A DNA stretch of 23,025 nucleotides from a virus, in the IMG/VR virus record IMGVR_UViG_3300005573_000070; one strand, 5' to 3'. The notes below the pieces were generated by a model. It was not told the origin of the DNA. It saw nothing but the letters and a program-made list of their open reading frames with translations, and searched no databases. The stretch's first letter is position 1; every line of letters begins with the position of its first letter. This document shows, in pieces, positions 7,362 through 15,165 of this stretch. The translations under genes and the position numbers were made by a program.

Positions 7362-7432
7362 GGTCTGGTCCGATAACGGACCTTCTCAGGAACTAAGCCT
7401 GAGATAAGGCTGGACCCCAGCCCATAATATAT
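7362..7432. repeat. 71-bp structured intergenic direct repeat, copy 2
   Basis: Differs from copy 1 at two positions (ctagacc/ctggacc and cagtcc/cagccc). Only 1 nt separates it from the stop codon at 7434. Confidence 0.95.
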
Positions 7433-7433
7433 T

Positions 7434-8108
7434 TCACTTGGATGACTGCTGCTCTGGTTTTGTCCCAGAGTTCCCCTTCGCAAGACCAGAATCATTTAAT
7501 CTCTGACCGCTGTTTAGTTTTTCTGGTTCCTCGGACTTCAACAACTGTTTACCGCTTTGTAATATCAAGTCATACAAATCTTTCTCCCGTGAAATAGCTT
7601 CAAGGCTCAAGACCGCATCATTCTTACCATTTAGTAAGTTTAACAGTTTCTTCTTGAAATGGTCTTTTTCACAAGATTCGAATTCTTCTCTGGTCATTTT
7701 CCCGATCTTCTCTAAAACGGGGTAAAGAACCTCAACTTCTCGTATTGCGTCTTTGACCAACTTTCTGATATAAGGAATCTCTGATTTTTTGCGATCTATC
7801 TCTATTTGGATAAGTTCTCTTTCTAGCGGATCTGTTTCTGTTTCTAGTTTTCTTTCTAGTTTTTTGATTTCAACTGCTCGTACTCGCAGATCGTAATAAC
7901 ATTCGTTTAACGCTCTCAACCTGTCAATGATCCTTAGCGCAGCGTGTCTATAGGCACGATGTGGAGATAACTCGCCGTCAACAATAGCAAGTCGGTTCTG
8001 GAAGTCTGAATTACCAAACGGTACTTCTTCTACCAGATCAATAACGGTTTTTAAGAATTTTGACACTCCTTCAATAGAATCAATTTCTTTTAGTTCTTTG
8101 TCGCTCAT
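7434..8108 (-). CDS. Hypothetical coiled-coil protein, fibre-associated, 224 aa
   Basis: Starts immediately after the fibre stop (TAG-ATG junction). E/K-rich and helical, with the motif NSDFQ...SPHRAYR. Function not assignable. Confidence 0.8.
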   Translation of the reverse strand: MSDKELKEIDSIEGVSKFLKTVIDLVEEVPFGNSDFQNRLAIVDGELSPHRAYRHAALRIIDRLRALNECYYDLRVRAVEIKKLERKLETETDPLERELIQIEIDRKKSEIPYIRKLVKDAIREVEVLYPVLEKIGKMTREEFESCEKDHFKKKLLNLLNGKNDAVLSLEAISREKDLYDLILQSGKQLLKSEEPEKLNSGQRLNDSGLAKGNSGTKPEQQSSK

Positions 8109-11100
8109 CTATTTAGCCCTTCCTATCCATTGTTTCAACTCCTCAATCTGTCTTTGTTGTTCTTTTATTGCTTCAATCAAAACTGCAACCAATCGTCCAT
8201 AATCAACTGATAAAAATTCTTCTTCTTTGTCAACTTCTTCACCATCTTCAGTTTTCTCTTTATATTGCCGTTTAAATTTAGTAACTACTTCAGGAGCAAC
8301 CTTCTCTGCCTCCTGCGCTATTACACCAAACTCGTATTTTTCTGTATCACAATCAACACCAAGTGTGTTCTTATAAAAATCGTTCCATCTAAATCTAACA
8401 CCTTCTAAGTTCATAACAATGTCCAAAGCATCACTGATTGGTTTTACATCAGCTTTAAACCTTATATCTGATGAAGTTGGAAACGAAGTTGCGTGCGCTG
8501 AACCATTGACATCAAGTTTATATCCAGGTGCCGTCGTCCCGATGCCGACGTTGCCACTTTGTAAAAACGAAACAACTTCTTGATCACTATTATTTACAAA
8601 TCCCAATCTGCCATTAGTATTGAAAAAATTGTAGGATATGTTATTAGTTGTATCCCGTAGCGTAAGCATAACGCCAGCGGACTTTCTTATTCCTAATACC
8701 CCATCTGCAATGGTAAGTTTGTCAAGTGACGCAGTCGTCCCGATGCCGACGTTGCCACTGACTATTAACCCATTTGATGGTGCCGTATTGTTTCCGGCAT
8801 AAGTTCCGATCGCAACACCTCCGTTGACATCCAATTTTGACAAAGGTGTCGCTGTACCAATACCAACATTACCATTTGTATCAATAGTTATACCATTGTT
8901 TGTACCAGTAGTTAAATATAATGGTCTTAAAGTACCAGTACCAGATACTGTTGTTAATATTTGGAATCTGTTGTTGTTTGTATCATATCCTATTGTTAAT
9001 CTTTCATAATTTGTACCACCAATCTGGTCTATGTTTAAACTACCACCACCTAGATATAACGATTTCCATCTGTAACTTGTTGATCCTAGATCATATGTGT
9101 TGTCTATATTTGGACCAGTATTGCCATCTATTTGTAACTTGAAATTGGTTGGATTCGTACCAATACCAACATTACCTTCATTTGTAATATAAATTCTGTC
9201 AGTATTGTTAGTTCTCAAACTTAAACCAAAAGTGTCTAATGTACCAATAAAAGCATCTGTGTTTGTCTTAAGTCCAATATTACCAGCAACTACTAGTTTT
9301 TGGGATAAAGGAGATGTTCCAGTACCAATACCAACATTACCAGAAGAGTCAATTCTTAGTTGTTCAGTATTATTAGTATAAAAGGATAAAGTATTTGTAT
9401 CTGGTCTATCTATACCTACTCCAGAATCAATTATAGATAATACCCTGTTCGGACTAGTTGTTCCAATACCAACATTACCATTATCCAATATAGTTAGTAT
9501 ATTGTTACCAGTACCTCCTTCAAATACTAGTTTTGACTTGCCACTATCGTTTTCAATTCTTATCCTCAATGGAAGATAAGGGATGTTGGCAAACGATGTC
9601 GTGTTAGCTGATAGAACGATTTCTGGAGTTTGAGATGATTGATCGTCTGTTGGTACTATTTCTATTGGGTATTCGGACAGTCTCAGTTTCTTATGACTGT
9701 CTACTAAATACCGGATATCTTTTTGAAGTTCGATACTCAACCCGCCAACGTTGCTAGGTAACCAAGTATTGTTAATACTATACTGTACATTAAGTATAGC
9801 CAAAGCTAGTTTTAATGGGTCCAGTGATGTACTAAATCCAATTGATCCATTTTCGTCCACAACTAGATAGAACGTACCAGTTTGTCCTCCAAAGTCAGTC
9901 TGTGTTAAGTTTTTTAAAACAAAATATTTTTTGTTATCTGTCCATTGTACTGAGGATAGTTCTATTCCTCTGAACAAAAATTTGGTAATTCTCTTACCAT
10001 TTACATACATGAACGATCTGTTTTCAGTTAATGTGTCACGTATCATTATACAGTCACTCTGGTTTATTCCATTGTTGTCTAATTGTGGTATTACAAATGG
10101 TAAGTATTCATCATATGTGTCTGTGTCAGTTGTATCTCTGTATATGGTGTGGGTCTTTGGTGTGTCAACACCATTTACAGTCTTGTAATTTACAGTAATA
10201 TTTGATCCGGTACTACTAACACTTACCTTACCAACCGTAAATGATGTAGTAGATGTGTATGAATAGGTAACTGTGTTGGCGGAACTGGTAAAAGTAAAGG
10301 TCTTGTGGTCGATTTCAGTATTGTCTGTATCATAAATTGTTATGGTTAGGTCTTGATTGGTTGCATTACTTACCGCGATCCGTATATAGATTTCTGTTGT
10401 CGTGATCGGAGAAGTGTAAGTCAACGATATAGGAGTTGATACTGTTCTGAACGAACCCTCTCCCAACAAATCTTTTACAGCATATTTGTAATATTTGAAA
10501 CTAGTCTCTGTTAAAGATGATATGCCGTTGGTATGATGCGTAACTTGGTGTTTTTCAACTTCCTCGGATGGTTGAACTTCTTCTCGCAGAATTATTCGCT
10601 GGCAACGAGTCCTGTCAACGACCCATTCAGAACCTGTGTACAAGAGGTCCGCAATTATGATATAACTATACCCAACGGTCCAACTAGCTGCCGGATCACT
10701 AGAGTTTTCTCTATAGTTTGCCCATACTCCACCGGTGTCGAACTGTTTCGGCAGAACGGGCCTATTATCTCTTGTACCGACAGCGTATCCTATGGCATAA
10801 CCCGATCTTTCTCTTGTGTACCTCTTTCCGTACGTTTCAGGATCTATAATGCAAACATTTTCGTCATAGTCTTTCGCATATAACAAGAATACTGTTACAC
10901 AGTCACTACCAGAACTGACACTAACGGTCACGTCCTTACACCCAGTTGATTTTGGGCATTCTCCGTTTAACAAGTTTTTGACCGGGTTTAGCTCGTTATA
11001 GGTAGTGGTATCGTCACTGAGTATTTCAACTCGCCGGCTCCCAACGTACGCGGTACCAGGTCCGACACTGAACTTTACTGTTTGGTTATTGGAACCAGGA

Positions 11101-11261
11101 TCGATAGTTATCTCGAACGAACTAAGACCTAGGATGCCATCGTTGAAAAGGTCCGCGGCCCTCTTCCTTAACTGGTCCTCTACAGAGTCTCCTATATAAT
11201 TGAAGTCGTCCTTGACCGGTTCCTGTAAGTCGTAGAATACTGATTTGCTTTTTGTTGTCAT
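8109..11261 (-). CDS. Tail fibre with C-terminal intramolecular chaperone (peptidase S74), 1050 aa
   Basis: Directly follows the baseplate wedge genes and has six GNVGIGT joints. The C-terminus SSDIRFKADV...GVIAQEAEKVAPEVV...SVDYGRLVAVLIEAIKEQQRQIEEL is the S74 signature with the S-D-x-R-x-K autocleavage site. Confidence 0.93.
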   Translation of the reverse strand: MTTKSKSVFYDLQEPVKDDFNYIGDSVEDQLRKRAADLFNDGILGLSSFEITIDPGSNNQTVKFSVGPGTAYVGSRRVEILSDDTTTYNELNPVKNLLNGECPKSTGCKDVTVSVSSGSDCVTVFLLYAKDYDENVCIIDPETYGKRYTRERSGYAIGYAVGTRDNRPVLPKQFDTGGVWANYRENSSDPAASWTVGYSYIIIADLLYTGSEWVVDRTRCQRIILREEVQPSEEVEKHQVTHHTNGISSLTETSFKYYKYAVKDLLGEGSFRTVSTPISLTYTSPITTTEIYIRIAVSNATNQDLTITIYDTDNTEIDHKTFTFTSSANTVTYSYTSTTSFTVGKVSVSSTGSNITVNYKTVNGVDTPKTHTIYRDTTDTDTYDEYLPFVIPQLDNNGINQSDCIMIRDTLTENRSFMYVNGKRITKFLFRGIELSSVQWTDNKKYFVLKNLTQTDFGGQTGTFYLVVDENGSIGFSTSLDPLKLALAILNVQYSINNTWLPSNVGGLSIELQKDIRYLVDSHKKLRLSEYPIEIVPTDDQSSQTPEIVLSANTTSFANIPYLPLRIRIENDSGKSKLVFEGGTGNNILTILDNGNVGIGTTSPNRVLSIIDSGVGIDRPDTNTLSFYTNNTEQLRIDSSGNVGIGTGTSPLSQKLVVAGNIGLKTNTDAFIGTLDTFGLSLRTNNTDRIYITNEGNVGIGTNPTNFKLQIDGNTGPNIDNTYDLGSTSYRWKSLYLGGGSLNIDQIGGTNYERLTIGYDTNNNRFQILTTVSGTGTLRPLYLTTGTNNGITIDTNGNVGIGTATPLSKLDVNGGVAIGTYAGNNTAPSNGLIVSGNVGIGTTASLDKLTIADGVLGIRKSAGVMLTLRDTTNNISYNFFNTNGRLGFVNNSDQEVVSFLQSGNVGIGTTAPGYKLDVNGSAHATSFPTSSDIRFKADVKPISDALDIVMNLEGVRFRWNDFYKNTLGVDCDTEKYEFGVIAQEAEKVAPEVVTKFKRQYKEKTEDGEEVDKEEEFLSVDYGRLVAVLIEAIKEQQRQIEELKQWIGRAK
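8533..8759. repeat. Pair of identical 26-bp GC-rich direct repeats (8533..8558 and 8734..8759) flanking one fibre module
   Basis: gtcgtcccgatgccgacgttgccact occurs twice, 201 bp apart, with 17/26 G+C inside AT-rich coding sequence. Confidence 0.92.
8843..9176. repeat. Module C', shared with 5361..5694
   Basis: Ungapped alignment at an offset of 3482. Confidence 0.95.
10080..10167. repeat. Direct repeat identical to 1..88
   Basis: 88/88 match by eye. Confidence 0.95.
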
Positions 11262-11266
11262 AGTTT

Positions 11267-12529
11267 TTATGCGTAAATCTCAAAAATAGGTTGTTTTCTT
11301 CCTTTGTAATAGATATGGTAAATTCTTGATAAAGTCGATTTCACTGTACTGATGTTGTTATCAACAATATCAAGCGGAATTGTGTACCCTTCAAACTTCA
11401 AGGTACTGTTCTGTAAAGTAGAATCAACTTGTATTACAGACCTCTTCACAATAGACCAGTGAGAATTATCAACAACGCCCCACAAGTTACCGTTCTTTTT
11501 CAACAATCTTGGATAATTTGTCCCGCCAACAATAATTTCTTTTATAATGCAGGGTAAATTTGTATTGAATGAAAATGTGTCCGTTATGTTAACAGGAGTA
11601 TCAAACTGTATAGAAACAAACTGTTTCAAGTCATAAAACTTCACCACGTACCCCGCCAGTTTCGCGAAATAGGACAAAAGCGCGGCTATTTCTTCGTTAC
11701 CTTCAAGTGCATAAGACCCGTTTGATTTCTTTAATATGTAATGAATACGATCCGATTTTCCATCTTTGTAAACACCAGGACTGACTTGTATATAATAATC
11801 ATCCAATTGTTCATCGGAGTACTTCGTAAAATACTTACCATAAGTAGAACTTTTACCTGGTAATCTCCACAACGTTTGTTCTCTAGGGTCTACTAAATCA
11901 TAATCACTTCCTGTAAAAGCATCTTTGATCCCGTCAAGAACAGATTTTAACCCTTTCAAAGATCCGCCGTACACGTTTCCCCTGAACAATCCTTTCACTA
12001 TATCACGATACTGGTCGGCACTGACATAAAAAGGTTGGTCGAGTAAAAATCCAAACCTTTTACTCAACCCGTCACCAGGGACCGTTACTATTGCTAACCA
12101 ATCCATATACGTTAACAATTCTTTATACACATCTTCAGAAGACCACGATATCCACGTTAATATAGAAAGTATGTATCTACAGTCAAACTTTCGCTCCGTA
12201 ACGTCTATTATCTGACCACTACTGTCGTAGAAAGAACATGTGAAAGTATTTATCCCTAAGGTTATTACTGGGTTGGACCCTGAAAAATTGTCTATCTCAA
12301 ATTTCACATTTTGAACCGGTACTGGATCATAATGGGTTGTATTTCCGTCCGAATTTGTAATAGTCAAATCGACTGTTTCAGAACCAGGCGGATAAGAATC
12401 AATACTCACAGCATATTTCGAGATATAAGGAATGGCACTAGATCCGATGTCAAACAACACTCTTAAAAACGGGAAACTGTCCAAAATGTCTTTTACAAAG
12501 GTGTCCTCTTCCCAAGTGACGTATATCAT
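11267..12529 (-). CDS. Probable baseplate wedge subunit (P2 gpI-like position), 420 aa
   Basis: Lies between baseplate J and the first fibre, with an ATGA overlap to J. LSKRFGFLL...DQYRDIV...GGSLKGLKSVL resembles the L...G..D..YR..G+..G+ pattern of gpI-like wedge proteins. Confidence 0.6.
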   Translation of the reverse strand: MIYVTWEEDTFVKDILDSFPFLRVLFDIGSSAIPYISKYAVSIDSYPPGSETVDLTITNSDGNTTHYDPVPVQNVKFEIDNFSGSNPVITLGINTFTCSFYDSSGQIIDVTERKFDCRYILSILTWISWSSEDVYKELLTYMDWLAIVTVPGDGLSKRFGFLLDQPFYVSADQYRDIVKGLFRGNVYGGSLKGLKSVLDGIKDAFTGSDYDLVDPREQTLWRLPGKSSTYGKYFTKYSDEQLDDYYIQVSPGVYKDGKSDRIHYILKKSNGSYALEGNEEIAALLSYFAKLAGYVVKFYDLKQFVSIQFDTPVNITDTFSFNTNLPCIIKEIIVGGTNYPRLLKKNGNLWGVVDNSHWSIVKRSVIQVDSTLQNSTLKFEGYTIPLDIVDNNISTVKSTLSRIYHIYYKGRKQPIFEIYA

Positions 12530-13959
12530 ACGATGGTCACCTCAGTCAGGTTTAAGAATTCTATTGGTAACGCCTGGACTGTCTCAACCGGGCCACCTTC
12601 TTTAAGTATCTGTAAGCTGGGTACTGTATCAACACCGGGTACATCTTCAACTACGTTAACCAAATCAGAGATAGCAACTTTACTACCTAACGGTAAGCTC
12701 TTTACATAGTTGACAAGAGCTGTTCGTACATTTTGTTGTACAGTAGAAGGTGAATATTGTGTCAGATATGTTAGTGAACATTTGACTGTAAAATCTAATG
12801 GCCGCGCTTCGCGCACCATTACATCTAGTCCAAGGACTCTGTTTTCTTCCAGATCTAATACTTTTTGTATTTCCGCAACGGTCGCATTATAAGTAATATT
12901 TACTATTATCGACCCGCTCTGGCTACACGTTAGTGTATCGTTTGCTCTGGTACTCCACTCCCATAAAGGATTAGTATCTTTCTCTATCGTAATGGTAATG
13001 GTCCCCGAAGTCGGTTTGACATCACGAACATACATATAGTCCTTTAACAAATCTCTTATTTTTATGGGCGTATTGGCAGAAGGAATGTTTATCTCTCTTT
13101 GAACAGTCAAGATTTGATAATCTCTGATATAAACGTCAACAGCTCCGGTCGTGGCCCGTTGCATGAACGGATCGCCGGGGCCTGCTACGTAAACATCTCG
13201 TACATTATACTGAATAAACAGCTGTTTGTACCCCGGAATTGTACCCAGACGAGTTCCTTTCCATTTCGACTTGATCCTCTCAACTAATTGTTCGTCAGTT
13301 TCCTCATCACTGCCCCCTATTATCGGTAACAAGTTTACCGCGCGGGAATAATTTCCTTGCAGGTAATAGCCGAAGTCATAATCTATCTGTTGTGGTCCAA
13401 TGTTTCCAATACTTCCTACTTGTTCACATTCTACTGTAACAGGAAATCCGTACGTACCAAGTTCTAGTACAAAGTACTTAGCCCAATCATCATCTGATTG
13501 TATGTTAAAGACGAAAGTAGTTACAGGTCTATAGTATATGTTAAAGATCGACCTAACACGATCACTAGGACCTACTGTGTAAGTACCTAAATCGTGACTT
13601 TTGGGTATGTAGTACACAGTCCCAGTGGCTGATCTGGCAGATAACCTTGTCAAAGCATAATCGTTAGCGATGTTCTCGATAACGTTCTTGAGAGTGTTCC
13701 TAACCTCGGTCGGTGATATTCCCAATGCCTCTGATATATCATCAATCCTGCTATCGTCCTTCAATAAAGCTACGATGCCATCTAAGTAATAGATACTCCC
13801 AACGAAATCTCTTGTTTTATCCAGGATCTCCCTTATTATGGACAACGGAAGGACAACAACGTCACCGACAACGGTACCAAGAGACGTATCGATTTCTGGA
13901 TTAAATTGTTTGATCTGGTCAGATATAGTTGTATGCCATTTTATAGGATCGAAAGCCAT
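12526..13959 (-). CDS. Baseplate J-like wedge protein (P2 gpJ / Mu gp47), 477 aa
   Basis: RLSARSATGTV, VECEQVGSIGNI, GGSDEETDEQLVERI, GAVDVYI and C-terminal LPLGSKVAISDLVNVVEDVPGVD. AGGAG upstream. Confidence 0.92.
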   Translation of the reverse strand: MAFDPIKWHTTISDQIKQFNPEIDTSLGTVVGDVVVLPLSIIREILDKTRDFVGSIYYLDGIVALLKDDSRIDDISEALGISPTEVRNTLKNVIENIANDYALTRLSARSATGTVYYIPKSHDLGTYTVGPSDRVRSIFNIYYRPVTTFVFNIQSDDDWAKYFVLELGTYGFPVTVECEQVGSIGNIGPQQIDYDFGYYLQGNYSRAVNLLPIIGGSDEETDEQLVERIKSKWKGTRLGTIPGYKQLFIQYNVRDVYVAGPGDPFMQRATTGAVDVYIRDYQILTVQREINIPSANTPIKIRDLLKDYMYVRDVKPTSGTITITIEKDTNPLWEWSTRANDTLTCSQSGSIIVNITYNATVAEIQKVLDLEENRVLGLDVMVREARPLDFTVKCSLTYLTQYSPSTVQQNVRTALVNYVKSLPLGSKVAISDLVNVVEDVPGVDTVPSLQILKEGGPVETVQALPIEFLNLTEVTIV

Positions 13960-13967
13960 AATTTCTC

Positions 13968-14324
13968 CTACACGCCCGCTTTGAGAGAAATTTCTGTTCC
14001 TTTCTGTGTCGTCACCACAACTTCGTATTCATTTAAGGAGATCTGGTGAATATCAACTGTATCAACAAGCTCGGCCGGGTTGTCAGTTTCGGTCGTATCA
14101 TTATAAAGTTTTAAAATGCGCATAATTTCGTCTTCGTCGAAATTAGTATAGTCCGTTCCATACCCAAATATATGTAAATCAACCGGGGTCAAAAGCAACT
14201 TGACCAAAGACTGTAAAAGCTTTGGTTCGTTCTCCACTGTTACAAATGTTACACCGCTATCTTGTTTGACCGGGACAAGATCAATAAAAGACCTGTTACC
14301 ACACGATACTTTAATATCTTTCAC
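13968..14324 (-). CDS. gp25/gpW-like baseplate (sheath initiator) protein, 118 aa
   Basis: Size, position just upstream of J, and the motif KLLQSLVKLLLTP...GYGTD. GTG start with GGAGG upstream. Confidence 0.7.
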   Translation of the reverse strand: MKDIKVSCGNRSFIDLVPVKQDSGVTFVTVENEPKLLQSLVKLLLTPVDLHIFGYGTDYTNFDEDEIMRILKLYNDTTETDNPAELVDTVDIHQISLNEYEVVVTTQKGTEISLKAGV

Positions 14325-14326
14325 AT

Positions 14327-14845
14327 CTATCCTCCCAAGAGCAATCTTATTAACTTCTGCACTTGTACAAGTTCGGTTATGTCGCTCGAAATAGAACTTA
14401 TCATGCCACTAACAAGATCATTTGTGTAAGTCATTCTTTTAATGTCTTCCGCGACAGACTCAACCTGCCCAACAGTGTCGAGTATAGTGTCGATTGCTGT
14501 CTGGACTGGTTGTCTGATCTCAGGAAATAACTCTAAATATTTAAGAGCGTTACTGGTATCTAACACGGTCAAAACGCTCTTTTTAAAATCTTCGATTGGT
14601 CGTATGACGCTATCAGCCTGGGCACGGAGTACCGACATAACAGCACTGTTTGTAAGTTGTGTTTCTAACAAAGCGGCCTGTTGTTGAGCGTATTGAGTAA
14701 TTGCCATTGCAATGACACTGTTTATTGCACCTAGTATTGTACTGCCTAACCGCAACAAAGCATCTTTTGTTGTCTGGGGTACATCTTTTGGCGGTAGTTC
14801 TACCTGGTCAATGTTCCCCAAAAGATCGTCATCTTCTATTGACAT
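14327..14845 (-). CDS. Hypothetical helical protein, about 172 aa
   Basis: The ORF track starts at GTG 14851, but GGAGGT (14859..14854) is 8 nt from the ATG at 14845, which is the likelier start. Packed against the gp25-like gene. Confidence 0.75.
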   Translation of the reverse strand: MSIEDDDLLGNIDQVELPPKDVPQTTKDALLRLGSTILGAINSVIAMAITQYAQQQAALLETQLTNSAVMSVLRAQADSVIRPIEDFKKSVLTVLDTSNALKYLELFPEIRQPVQTAIDTILDTVGQVESVAEDIKRMTYTNDLVSGMISSISSDITELVQVQKLIRLLLGG

Positions 14846-14904
14846 AATCACGTACCTCCTGGATAGTACCCGACAATGTACCAGTTATCTTTATCAGACA
14901 CGGT

Positions 14905-14976
14905 GGTCCGGCCCGATATAATGTGGTCTGGTCCAAATAAAGGCCAGACCCTATCCCGGACGACGAGTCCAGGATA
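14905..14976. promoter_or_regulatory. Intergenic twin-hairpin element carrying GGTCYRGYC boxes
   Basis: Hairpins GGTCTGGTC-caaataaa-GGCCAGACC (14925..14950) and TATCC-c-GGAC-gacga-GTCC-a-GGATA (14952..14976), plus an extra box GGTCCGGCC at 14905. The 11-mer tggtctggtcc is shared with 7361..7371. Confidence 0.55.
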
Positions 14977-14982
14977 TAAACT

Positions 14983-15165
14983 TCAAGTCCATTTAGCAGT
15001 AGTCTGGTCAATCTTGTTTTTAATATTGTTAATTTCGTTATTGATCTCTTCGTCCGTCTTACCGGCTCTCCTGAGCATGTCCCGCAGATTGTTTTCAATT
15101 TCCGGTTGCAAAGCAAAAATATCATTTTTAAGCCTGTTAAAAAGGTCGTCCCTTACTATTTTCAT
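14983..15165 (-). CDS. Hypothetical small protein, 60 aa
   Basis: ATGA overlap with the spike stop codon, as at other junctions in this operon. Natural charged helical composition. Confidence 0.7.
   Translation of the reverse strand: MKIVRDDLFNRLKNDIFALQPEIENNLRDMLRRAGKTDEEINNEINNIKNKIDQTTAKWT

Noticed and set aside
7233-7432. CRISPR mini-array, possibly serving the Cas12f-like TnpB
   Set aside because: Only two units of 71 bp, longer than CRISPR repeats, 5 kb from tnpB, with no cas genes and no sequence similarity to the tnpB 3' element. The only spacer match noticed is an 11-mer at 2150, which can occur by chance.
5361-9176. DGR template/variable repeat pair (5361..5694 vs 8843..9176)
   Set aside because: Mismatches include several C/T synonymous changes on the coding strand rather than adenine-only changes. 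Both copies are mid-gene and coding, and no reverse transcriptase is present.
1-11261. Invertible (Gin/Cin/Rci-type) fibre switch
   Set aside because: All fibre sequences and joints are in direct orientation, with no inverted cassette and no invertase in the window.
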